Source of the DNA: an uncultured Prevotella sp.
GTDB lineage: Bacteria > Bacteroidota > Bacteroidia > Bacteroidales > Bacteroidaceae
Direction: 5' to 3'
NCBI GenBank assembly: GCA_945869265.1
Contig: CAMBOI010000007.1
Location: forward strand, 6,985 to 70,984
DNA length: 64,000 nt
Shown: in pieces, positions 38,069 to 46,801 of the stretch
How positions within the stretch are numbered: position 1 is the first letter of the stretch
Layout: each line of letters starts with the position of its first letter
Made by a program: the position numbers and the translations under genes
The notes under the pieces: model-generated
Seen by the model: only the letters and a program-made list of their open reading frames with translations
What the model was told of the DNA's origin: nothing
Databases searched by the model: none

Positions 38069-40222
38069 ATGAAAGCAAAAATGATGATTATGGCTGCAAT
38101 GATGATTATGATGACATCGGCAGCAGATGCACAGACAGAAAAGAAGTTGACCAACTTCAACGACACCACTTTCACTCTGAATGAGGTGACAGTGAAAAGC
38201 AGTTTGCCTAAATCGAGGGTGAAGGGCGACGCTATGCGCACTATTGTCAACGGCACTATCCTCGAGAAGGCTGGTAAGGCTACCGACGTGCTCAACCGCA
38301 TACCACAGCTCAAAGCCGACAAGGACGGTGGCGTGGAGGTGTTCGGACGTGGTGGTGCCGAGGTGTATATCAATGGCAGAAAGGTGCAGGACATGAAGGA
38401 ACTCACCCGCATCTCTTCGGAGCAGATCAAGAGTGTGGATGTGGTGCAGAATCCCGGCGCCCGCTATGCCGCAAGCGTGAAGGCTGTGGTTAGGATTCAG
38501 TTGAAGAAGGCTCAGGGCGAGGGATTCAGTTTCAGGGAGAATCTTGGCACTCAATATCAGTATGGTCCGGCCATCAGCAACAACCTCGACCTCAACTATC
38601 GTGTGGGCGGGCTCGACATCACGGGTTCGTTCTGGTGTGGCTCATACAACAGTTATAAGTCATATCAGAAAAATGACCTAACATATTATGCCGGTAATGA
38701 CTTATATGTGGGTCATAGCAATCAGAACATGAAGAACAAGTGGAGCGCATGGTCGCCACAGCTGCAGGTGAACTATATGTTTGACGATAATCACTCGATA
38801 GGTGCGTTCTACAAATACGACCGACATCCGAAGGATAGCTATGACGGATGGTTGCACACCGACACCTACGAGAACGGCAAATTCCTGGAGCGCTCGGAGA
38901 GCGACATCTTCAGACACACATCATCCAAGAAGCATATCTTCAATGCTTATTATAATGGTAAGGTGGGAAAACTCGGTATCGACTTCAATATCGACGGACT
39001 CTTCGATGATGTCAACGACCCCAACGGCACCACCGAGACTACTATCGACCCTGAAGGCAACAAGACGATGCGCACTGTGGATAATCTCACTCTCAGCGGC
39101 AATAACTTCTGGGCCACAAAGCTCATCTTCACCTATCCCGTGCTCAAGGGAAATCTCTCGGTGGGAGGCGAATATAGCCACAACAACCGTAAGGATGCCT
39201 ACTCATACGAGACAACGGAGACATTGCCCATGAATGCTACTGACAACAAAATCAAGGAGACGGCAACATCGGCTTTCGTGGAATATGGAAGACAGTTTGG
39301 ACGTGTCTTTGCACAGGTGGGATTGAGATATGAGAATATCTGCAACGACTACTACAACTTCGGCATAAAGGAGCAGGACGTGAGCCGGTCCTATGGCGAC
39401 TGGTTCCCCACGGCTGTAGTGGCTATGCCTATCGGAAAATGGCAGTTGAGCCTTTCCTACCGCAAGGACATCAAGCGACCGGCTTACGACCAACTCACAA
39501 GCTCTACCTTATATATTAATAAATACACTTATCAGACGGGTAATCCCTATCTGAAACCGACATATACGCACAATGTGGTGTTGAATGTGGCTTACAAGGC
39601 ATTTAGTGTGATGATCGACTATGCCCGCACGAAGGACGTGGTTACTCTGCTCACCGAACCTTATCCCGGAAGTGAAGACCCCCTGCTCAGTATCTTACAC
39701 CCCAAAAACTGCTCGGATGGATATGACAAACTCGTTGTCATGCCGTCGTATAAGCCAACTATCGGTAAGTGGCACCCAATGTGGTCGGCTGGGCTGGTGA
39801 TGCAGAACTACAAGACGTTGACTGCCAACGGTACGGAGAAGACGATGAACCATCCGTTTGTGCAGGTGCAGTGGAACAACGACATCGAATTGCCTAAGGG
39901 ATTCCGCGTTAATGCCTTTATGCAATATATCAGCAAAGGCGACTATGACAACTTCCGCATGTCAACCGAGGCGTTCAATGTATCTGTAGGTGTGCAGCGC
40001 GATTTCCATCTCAAGGCTCTCGGAACACTTACTGCCGACATCCGTTGCAATGACATCTTCAATACCAATAAGACTGGTACCACTGTATATGGCATACGCG
40101 AACTGACCATAGAAAACCGTGCCCGTAGAGTGTTCTCGCTCGACCTCACCTGGAAGTTCAATGAGGCTCGAAGCAAGTATAAGGGCACAGGAGCCGGTAA
40201 GAGTCAGAAAGCCAGAATGTAG
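38069..40222 (+). CDS. TonB-dependent-receptor-like outer-membrane beta-barrel protein, copy 2
   Basis: Paralog of 34743-36941: VYINGRKVQDMKEL, VDVVQNPGARYAAS, C-terminal FNEARSKYKGTGAG. Confidence 0.8.
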   Translation: MKAKMMIMAAMMIMMTSAADAQTEKKLTNFNDTTFTLNEVTVKSSLPKSRVKGDAMRTIVNGTILEKAGKATDVLNRIPQLKADKDGGVEVFGRGGAEVYINGRKVQDMKELTRISSEQIKSVDVVQNPGARYAASVKAVVRIQLKKAQGEGFSFRENLGTQYQYGPAISNNLDLNYRVGGLDITGSFWCGSYNSYKSYQKNDLTYYAGNDLYVGHSNQNMKNKWSAWSPQLQVNYMFDDNHSIGAFYKYDRHPKDSYDGWLHTDTYENGKFLERSESDIFRHTSSKKHIFNAYYNGKVGKLGIDFNIDGLFDDVNDPNGTTETTIDPEGNKTMRTVDNLTLSGNNFWATKLIFTYPVLKGNLSVGGEYSHNNRKDAYSYETTETLPMNATDNKIKETATSAFVEYGRQFGRVFAQVGLRYENICNDYYNFGIKEQDVSRSYGDWFPTAVVAMPIGKWQLSLSYRKDIKRPAYDQLTSSTLYINKYTYQTGNPYLKPTYTHNVVLNVAYKAFSVMIDYARTKDVVTLLTEPYPGSEDPLLSILHPKNCSDGYDKLVVMPSYKPTIGKWHPMWSAGLVMQNYKTLTANGTEKTMNHPFVQVQWNNDIELPKGFRVNAFMQYISKGDYDNFRMSTEAFNVSVGVQRDFHLKALGTLTADIRCNDIFNTNKTGTTVYGIRELTIENRARRVFSLDLTWKFNEARSKYKGTGAGKSQKARM

Positions 40223-40307
40223 TCAAGATAACATATTATTTTGTAGTAAATCGTTGACGGTTATCGTCTAATGAATAAAAAACTATTTGTTTCACATTTA
40301 AAACGAG

Positions 40308-40631
40308 ATGATTATGATAGTAACAACAACGCCCACTATTGAGGGGCATCCAATTAGAGAGTATAAGGGTTTGGTGACTGGTGAAACCATCATTGGCGCC
40401 AACTTCGTGAAGGACTTCTTTGCCGGCATCCGCGATATCGTAGGCGGACGCAGTGGCTCATACGAGAGCGTATTGCGCGAGGCCAAAGACATAGCATTGC
40501 GCGAGATGCAGGAGCGTGCACAGATGATGGGAGCCAATGCTGTCGTAGGTGTCGATCTCGACTATGAGGCCCTTGGTGCCAATGGTTCGATGCTGATGGT
40601 TACGGCAAGCGGTACTGCAGTAGTGATATAA
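40308..40631 (+). CDS. YbjQ/UPF0145 family protein
   Basis: 107 aa: [24 protein letters not shown]...GGRSGSYE... Confidence 0.8.
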   Translation: MIMIVTTTPTIEGHPIREYKGLVTGETIIGANFVKDFFAGIRDIVGGRSGSYESVLREAKDIALREMQERAQMMGANAVVGVDLDYEALGANGSMLMVTASGTAVVI

Positions 40632-40669
40632 CAGCTTATGTCCCCAAGATTTTTATTAGCCATAATACT

Positions 40670-40861
40670 ATGATACGCAATAATGTCACATTATACTGCA
40701 TTATCTCTATTCTGCTTTTCTCAGGAGTGTTCTTCCTGATAAAGTCGATGATGAGCGCGTCGAGTGAGAACAATTGGGCTTTGAGCCTTGCCCTCTTCTC
40801 GACCGCTCTTGCCAACTTCCTCATCCTGTATGTCAATAAGAAGAGGAAAGACAATTCATAG
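40670..40861 (+). CDS. small hypothetical membrane protein (63 aa, 2 TM)
   Basis: Two hydrophobic helices. No family recognised. Coding status uncertain. Confidence 0.3.
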   Translation: MIRNNVTLYCIISILLFSGVFFLIKSMMSASSENNWALSLALFSTALANFLILYVNKKRKDNS

Positions 40862-40862
40862 C

Positions 40863-40948
40863 CATGCTCGTCGTTTCGTCACATATCCTTGCTTTCTGTC
40901 CCAGTTATTTGGTATATTGTCATATTTACACTACCTTTGCAGTCGCAA
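40863..40948 (+). promoter_or_regulatory. promoter cassette R, copy 1
   Basis: 40875-40948 matches 48365-48438 at 72 of 74 positions. It contains TTTCGTCACATATCC, TGTCCCA, a -33 TTTG and a -7 TAccTTTG (40932-39). ATG 40963 lies 23 nt downstream. Confidence 0.7.
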
Positions 40949-40962
40949 AATCAATTTTTATT

Positions 40963-41979
40963 ATGATGAAGAAAGTTTTATATGTATTGCTGCCGCAGTT
41001 TGCGGAACATGAGTTGCCTTATCTCACCCAACCATTGCGCTCAGATGCCATGGCAATGAAAGAGGATCCGAAGTATGAGAACAAGATTGTGGCTGAATCA
41101 ATGGATCCCGTTGAGGCTATCAGCGGTTTCCGCATACTGCCCGATTATACCTTTAATAATATTCCCGACGATTATGCAGCACTAGTGCTCATCGGAGGAT
41201 ACAGTTGGAAGAGTGAGGCAGCTGAGCGAGTAAAGCCTCTTGTTGCCGATGCTATCAGCAAGGGGCGCATAGTCGGTGCCATCTGCAATGCCGCCTCATG
41301 GATGGCGAGCAAGGGATTCCTCAACGATGTCCGCCACACTGGCAATGGCATTGAGCAGTTGCAGCTGTGGGGTGGGGAGACATACACCAATGCCGCCGGC
41401 TATGTCAACGCACAGGCAGTGAGCGACAAGAATATCGTTACGGCAAATGGCAGTGCCAGCCTTGAGTTTGCATGCGAGATACTCACCTTGCTCAAAAACG
41501 ACGAGCCAAAGGAAATACAGATGTACAAGACGTTCTACAAAACGGGGCTCGTGGAGTTTGCTAAGATGATGTCGCAGGCGAAACCGCGTTTCACGTTCAA
41601 CACCATTGGCCTCTTTACCACCGACAATGCCAAGATGGTGGCTTTCTATCGCGACATCTTCGGATTTGAGACTGAGTGGAATGGAGTAGAGCCAAATGTA
41701 GAGATGACACTTGGCACATCACGTATCATCATGTTCCCCCGCGACGCATTCGAGCAGATGACATCTCGTGAGTATGCCTATCCCAACGGCACCAATGGCA
41801 CTTTGGAACTGTCCTTCGATGTCCCAACGTTTGCCGATGTTGACAAGGAGTATGACCGTGCCGTAAGCATGGGAGCAAAGCCAATATTCGCTCCTACGAC
41901 AGAGCCATGGGGACAACGCACCTGCTATGTGGCTGACCCGGAAGGCAACTTGATAGAGATATCGTCGTTTATTAAATAA
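40963..41979 (+). CDS. DJ-1/PfpI-family domain fused to VOC (glyoxalase/bleomycin-resistance) domain
   Basis: The N-terminal half has ALVLIGG...GRIVGAICNAASWMA (DJ-1/PfpI nucleophile-elbow Cys context). The C-terminal half has FTFNTIGLFT...EPWGQRTCYVADPEGNLIEI (VOC fold). Start set to ATG 40963. Confidence 0.7.
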   Translation: MMKKVLYVLLPQFAEHELPYLTQPLRSDAMAMKEDPKYENKIVAESMDPVEAISGFRILPDYTFNNIPDDYAALVLIGGYSWKSEAAERVKPLVADAISKGRIVGAICNAASWMASKGFLNDVRHTGNGIEQLQLWGGETYTNAAGYVNAQAVSDKNIVTANGSASLEFACEILTLLKNDEPKEIQMYKTFYKTGLVEFAKMMSQAKPRFTFNTIGLFTTDNAKMVAFYRDIFGFETEWNGVEPNVEMTLGTSRIIMFPRDAFEQMTSREYAYPNGTNGTLELSFDVPTFADVDKEYDRAVSMGAKPIFAPTTEPWGQRTCYVADPEGNLIEISSFIK

Positions 41980-41988
41980 AAGAGAAAT

Positions 41989-42483
41989 ATGAAATACCAA
42001 GAAGTAATTGACAATATTAAAACGGTTATGAATAGGGAGATTCCAATGTTGCTCTCCCTCTCAGAAGAGCAAGTGAGCCTGAAAAGGAACACCCAAAACC
42101 GTACGGTGAAGATGCTCGTGGGACATCTGATAGACTCGGCATCCAACAACCACCAGCGTATGGTGCGCCTGCAGTATGCCCCTTGTTGCGGACACTCGAT
42201 GCCAAATACAGAGATGGGTATGCTCGTCTTCCCTGACTACACTCAAGACAACGACCTCTGGATAGCTTTACAGGACTATCAGCATGAGGATTGGCATACG
42301 CTGGTGATGCTGCTGAAATATTACAATGAGCACATCTGCCATCTTATACGCTCCGTGGATGAGAAGAAACTCAACAACTACTGGATTGACTACGAGGGTT
42401 GTAGGGTTACGCTCGACGCCATGATACGCGGATATATCAATCACCTGAATCTACACTTTGGGCAGATACACGAATTATTATAG
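41989..42483 (+). CDS. DinB-superfamily protein
   Basis: 164 aa, helical, with LVGHLIDSASNNHQRM and C-terminal HLNLHFGQI, typical of DinB-like metal-binding four-helix bundles. Confidence 0.6.
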   Translation: MKYQEVIDNIKTVMNREIPMLLSLSEEQVSLKRNTQNRTVKMLVGHLIDSASNNHQRMVRLQYAPCCGHSMPNTEMGMLVFPDYTQDNDLWIALQDYQHEDWHTLVMLLKYYNEHICHLIRSVDEKKLNNYWIDYEGCRVTLDAMIRGYINHLNLHFGQIHELL

Positions 42484-42511
42484 GATTATTGTATTTTCTT
42501 TAGTAAATATT

Positions 42512-43522
42512 ATGTCGCGACTGAATTATCTTGATAATCTGAAGTTGGCATTGACCTTCTTGGTGATATTACATCATGCGGGACAAGCGTATGGTGACGG
42601 TGGCGAGTGGGGATATACTCCTTCAAATCCTGCGGAGGTGATGCCTTGGATATGGCATTTCTTCTCTACCAATGCCGCTTTTTTCATGGGATTGTATTTC
42701 TTCATTTCCGGGTATTTTATACCAGGCAGTTACGACCGACAGGGTTTTGGCACTTTTGTCAGGAAGAAAATTCTTCGTCTTGGAGTACCATTGTTGTTGA
42801 TGGGCGGTCTCTTGACATCCGCCACAGGCAAAGTGGAGATAGCCCATATGTGGTTTGTGGAAAGTCTTCTGATATTCAGCTTCTTCTACGCCGTGGTCAG
42901 GAAAAGATGCCCGGCAATATCTAAAGACTGCGACTCACGACCGACACTGACAGGATTGTTTATTGCTGCATTAGTGATGGGCATCGGCAGTTTTTTCATT
43001 CGTCAGGTGAGTCCACAAGATAATTGGATTAGTCTTAGTTTATGGATATTTGAGCCAGCTCATTATCTTCAGTATGTCATGATGTTTGTTTTGGGCATAC
43101 TTGCCTATAGGTTTTGCTGGCTCGACAAGATGACAAATACAACTGGTGTCGTGTCGTTGGTCATTGGTGGCTTGTTGGCTATAGGGAACTATGTCCGGCA
43201 AGACGGGGCGTGGAATGATTTTGTTTGGCAATGGTTTGGAATCTATGAGTCGCTGATGTGCGTTTTCATCAGTTTTGGCTTGTTATGGCTATTTAGGGAC
43301 AAAATCAATATGTGCAACAAAACGCTCTCTTGGCTCTCAGCTCAGAGCTATGGAGCATATATAGTTCATTTGCCGTTGATGATTTGTATCCAAAATATGT
43401 TTGATGGTGTATGGATGGGAGCCTTTGGCAAGTTCATGTTCATAGGTGTTGTCACAACTCTTTTGTCATTCACCTTGACATGGTTGCTTCGACTGCTGCC
43501 GGGAGTGAAGAGAATTATTTGA
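42512..43522 (+). CDS. acyltransferase family 3 integral membrane protein
   Basis: MSRLNYLDNLKLALTFLVILHHAG followed by about 10 TM helices. Start set to ATG 42512. Confidence 0.75.
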   Translation: MSRLNYLDNLKLALTFLVILHHAGQAYGDGGEWGYTPSNPAEVMPWIWHFFSTNAAFFMGLYFFISGYFIPGSYDRQGFGTFVRKKILRLGVPLLLMGGLLTSATGKVEIAHMWFVESLLIFSFFYAVVRKRCPAISKDCDSRPTLTGLFIAALVMGIGSFFIRQVSPQDNWISLSLWIFEPAHYLQYVMMFVLGILAYRFCWLDKMTNTTGVVSLVIGGLLAIGNYVRQDGAWNDFVWQWFGIYESLMCVFISFGLLWLFRDKINMCNKTLSWLSAQSYGAYIVHLPLMICIQNMFDGVWMGAFGKFMFIGVVTTLLSFTLTWLLRLLPGVKRII

Positions 43523-43813
43523 ATGATGATTGTGGTTGTTTATTACATACGTACAGCCTTAGGACTTGGTTCCTTGGTTTGGGATTTCTCATGGCTGAAA
43601 CTCTTCTCGTCGTTGACACCTGCCCTTGTGGCGTGGTGCTATTTGCCAGGAGTAACGAGAAATGTACTCACCAAAGCGTCGAATTCATAAAAGAATGGGA
43701 TTTTCACAGGTCGCTCATTTCCATAGATGTGGGTGGAAGTTTGCCGAATGGTGTGATACCGTTTGGATGGAACAGTTAATTGATGAATAGTGATACTAAT
43801 TAATAGAAGACTT

Positions 43814-44149
43814 ATGAAACAGCTAATCGCTTGTTGTGGCCTTGACTGCGAGAAATGCGATGCACGCATAGCCACTCAGAATGACGATAACCGTTTGCGA
43901 GAGAAAGTGGCAAAAGAATGGGGAGAGATGAACCAGATGGAATTTCAGCCTGAATGGATTAATTGCATGGGTTGCCGTACAGAAGGGTGTAAGACCTTTT
44001 ATTGCAGTGACATGTGCAAAATCCGCAAATGCGTATTGCAAAAAGGATACAATACCTGTGGCGACTGTTGCGAGATGCAAACATGCAGCATTTTGGGCGA
44101 ACTGGCGACGAATGCCCCCGAGGTTTATGAGAATCTAAAGGGCGAGTGA
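43814..44149 (+). CDS. Cys-rich DUF3795-like protein
   Basis: MKQLIACCGLDCEKCDA...CMGCR...CKIRKC...CGDCCEMQTC. Start set to ATG 43814. Confidence 0.6.
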   Translation: MKQLIACCGLDCEKCDARIATQNDDNRLREKVAKEWGEMNQMEFQPEWINCMGCRTEGCKTFYCSDMCKIRKCVLQKGYNTCGDCCEMQTCSILGELATNAPEVYENLKGE

Positions 44150-44217
44150 TATTTTTATTTAGACAAATGACAAGAGTAATTATTGGATTAGTATTACAGA
44201 AAGGATTTAGCAAATAA

Positions 44218-44760
44218 TTATGGGTGGTATGTTTCTATCTTACATGTATGCTGCTTCGTCTCTTTGTCGTAGTTGATGCCCACGAGGAGGATGTCGCCGG
44301 TGTAGTCGGCTATCTTTTCGGGATAATCCTTGCGCTTAATTTGGTCGATGGCAGTGTCGGCGGAATGATTGAACTTCAATTCTATGACGAGTGCTGGCTT
44401 GCTGACGTTGCGACGAGGAATCATCACGAGGTCGGCATAGCCTTTGCCCGTAGCGTAATCACGGAGAATAACATACCAGGGGGCAAGGAAGGCAGGGGCA
44501 ATCATTGAGTACTCGCAGAAGTTGTTCAATGCCGACTCGGTGTTGTATTTCTTGATTGGCAGAATGCCGGTGAGATAGGCTCCGGCAAAGACAGTGTTTG
44601 AACCTGAGCCCTTGAAGAGGCGGCGAAGCAGGTCAACATATGATGTAGTGATGAATTCGTCTGTTCCCATCTCGCGCAGTATCAATGATGACTTGTCAAC
44701 ATACTCGTGAGCCACGATGTCACGGAAATCGTTATTGCCTTTATTGATGTACATACCCAT
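44218..44760 (-). pseudogene. internally deleted AAA-ATPase-like / PD-(D/E)XK (PDDEXK_9) family gene
   Basis: It keeps the family N-terminus (YINKGNNDFRDIVAHEYVDKSSLI) and the C-terminal nuclease module (GYADLVMIPR...PALVIELKFN...AIDQIKRKDY). The P-loop region of a few hundred residues is missing, giving 181 aa versus the >500 aa usual for this family (from memory). Confidence 0.55.
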
Positions 44761-44885
44761 AGTTTTGCGACTGTTGCGGGAGTGGTAAGCCTGCAATTTG
44801 GTGGCAAAGATACAAATAAAAAATGAGAATCATTAAAACGAATGCGAATATCTTCTCTTTTTTGTATTATTTCACTTATATTTAT

Positions 44886-44923
44886 CATGTTGTGTCATGC
44901 CATTCGTCACATATCCTTGCTTT
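44886..44923 (+). repeat. truncated (5' 38 bp) copy of promoter cassette R
   Basis: catgttgtgtcatgccattcgtcacatatccttgcttt is identical to 48348-48385. Similarity stops abruptly at 44924. Confidence 0.9.
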
Positions 44924-44926
44924 TGA

Positions 44927-45110
44927 AGTAAACCCAACCATATACTCTTTTAAATCAGATATAAAAAATCCATCGATGTGTATTTCTTTGCATACAGCAG
45001 CTCCGACTTCATTATTCCAAAGAAGTTCTCCATTACGGAATTGTCAAGACGTACCTGTTCCTCTCATCCGCAAGTACATTGTTGCGGATTTCACCCTTCA
45101 AACCAAGCGA
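44927..45110 (-). mobile_element. degraded 3' fragment of an IS3-family transposase gene
   Basis: The minus frame over 44950-45060 reads EQVRLDNSVMENFFGIMKSELLYAKKYTSMDFLYLI*, the conserved DN.V.E.FFG.LK.E region of the IS3 integrase core. Flanking frames are broken by frameshifts/stops, and no inverted repeats were identified. Confidence 0.65.
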
Positions 45111-45317
45111 AAAGCTAATAAATCATAAAAGTTGCCGAAAGGTTTGGCTGTTTCATTTTTATTTCTTACTTTTACACCGACATTGGCAAGTGGCCAACTC
45201 GTTTGGGCTTCTGTCCCAATAGAGTTTGGATCCGCATTTGTCTCTATTTTTCCGTAGAAAGGAATACAACAGATGTTTCTCGTACGGCCACTATCTTCAT
45301 ACATCAATTTTAACACT

Positions 45318-46757
45318 ATGAGACATATAACCAAACTACAATGGGGAATCATTGGAATGCTGGGCATCTTGCTTCCATATTCAATGGGAATAGCAGCGGA
45401 AACAGTTGCGGATTCCTCCCTGAAACCACGGATTGTCGTACTGACGGATATTGCACCGACTGACGTTGAACCCGATGACATGGAATCAATGGTCCGCCTG
45501 CTGGCCCATGCTGACCTTTATGAAATAGAGGGACTGATTGCGACAGGAGGATGGAACATCTGCGGGAGAACTTATCCGGACGAATGGATGGGAAACATGC
45601 AGAAAGTAATTAATGCTTACGACGAGGATCTACCGAATCTAATGAAACGATCCGGACAAAAGGGTTTCCTGCCAGTAGAAAAGGAAGCCGGCAAACAAAC
45701 GTTGGGTTATTGGCCAAGTGCTGCCTATTTGCGTAGCAGGACTGCATTTGGCAGCAGAGATTTAGGCGTAACCAAACTTGGAGAGGAGAATAGCTCACAA
45801 GGTAGCAAAATGATTATCGACCTAGTTGACGAAAAGGACGACCGTCCCTTATGGGTCTTGGTTTGGGGCGGTGCAAATACACTGGCTCAAGCGATATGGA
45901 CTGTCAGGCAGAATCGAAGCGAAACGGAAGTTATAAAGTTTCTGAATAAGTTGTGTGTTTATACAATTACAGACCAAGATGTATGCGGAGGTCCCCCTGT
46001 GGATTATGCCTTCAGTTCTCATCAATGGATCCGCAAGACTTGCGGCAAGGATATCCGCTTTTTCTGGGACGAAAGCGCTTGGATCGTGCAGAACTACATA
46101 GGAAGCCAGAATTGGAACGAATACGCAACTCATATACAAAATCACGGGAATCTAGGGAAAATATATCCGAAAAACAAATACGGAGTGGAAGGCGACACTC
46201 CTTCTTTCCTACATGTAACCCCAAATGGATTAAACGATCCGACCGTATGTAGCCAGACAGGTTGGGGTGGCTATTTCCGATGGGGACTGTCACCAGACAG
46301 TCTGACAACATGCTACACAAATGCAGATCCGGCAGTCAGATACATATCGGAGAAATATGAAAAATACTTCTATCCCGCAATATTCGCCAACTTCATAGCA
46401 CGTATGGATTGGGCTGCATACGGCAAAGGAAACCGTAACCCGATAGTCATCGTAAACGGTAAAAAGGGATTGAGTCCGATTATAATTGAACCAGAAACAG
46501 AAGAGGAACTCCAGTTAAACGCTTCAGAATCTGCGGACCCGGATAAAGATACACTGACTTTCCATTGGTGGATATTGCCGGAAGCGGGTACTTACACCTC
46601 AACGGTAAGTATCAGAGAGGCAGACAAAGCTAATGCCTTTCTACGTATCCCCCAGGATGCGGCAGGAAAAGAATTGCATATAATCTGTGAAGTGACAGAC
46701 AATGGGACTCCGGCACTGACTAGTTACAGAAGGGTCATCATCCGCCCAAAACGATGA
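45318..46757 (+). CDS. DUF1593-like secreted protein (nucleoside-hydrolase-like fold + Ig-like C-terminus)
   Basis: Signal peptide, then RIVVLTDIAPTDVEPDDMESMVRLLAHADLYEIEGLIATGGWN, typical of DUF1593. Start set to ATG 45318. Codon usage differs from neighbours by eye. Confidence 0.65.
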   Translation: MRHITKLQWGIIGMLGILLPYSMGIAAETVADSSLKPRIVVLTDIAPTDVEPDDMESMVRLLAHADLYEIEGLIATGGWNICGRTYPDEWMGNMQKVINAYDEDLPNLMKRSGQKGFLPVEKEAGKQTLGYWPSAAYLRSRTAFGSRDLGVTKLGEENSSQGSKMIIDLVDEKDDRPLWVLVWGGANTLAQAIWTVRQNRSETEVIKFLNKLCVYTITDQDVCGGPPVDYAFSSHQWIRKTCGKDIRFFWDESAWIVQNYIGSQNWNEYATHIQNHGNLGKIYPKNKYGVEGDTPSFLHVTPNGLNDPTVCSQTGWGGYFRWGLSPDSLTTCYTNADPAVRYISEKYEKYFYPAIFANFIARMDWAAYGKGNRNPIVIVNGKKGLSPIIIEPETEEELQLNASESADPDKDTLTFHWWILPEAGTYTSTVSIREADKANAFLRIPQDAAGKELHIICEVTDNGTPALTSYRRVIIRPKR

Positions 46758-46801
46758 CAGGCCAATAAACGAACATATTACCATTTTAAACCAAATATAC
46801 A

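Noticed and set aside
37918-38554. Minus-strand ORFs of 170-172 aa spanning the barrel2 promoter and 5' coding region.
   Set aside because: They overlap a well-supported TonB-dependent-like gene and the repeat-containing intergenic region. The translated sequence is low complexity.
43523-43813. 290-bp gap after the acyltransferase gene with short open frames on both strands (e.g. ...HIYGNERPVKIPFFYEFDALV... on the minus strand).
   Set aside because: No family is recognisable and the frames are interrupted. It is possibly a decayed gene, but I cannot support a call.
45111-45317. Possible continuation of the IS3 transposase relic (the minus ORF 45098-45481 contains ...ADPNSIGTEAQTSW...FGNFYDLLAFRLV, vaguely like the start of an integrase core).
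   Set aside because: The similarity is too weak by eye, and the ORF also runs antisense into the DUF1593 gene. Only the 44927-45110 part is annotated.
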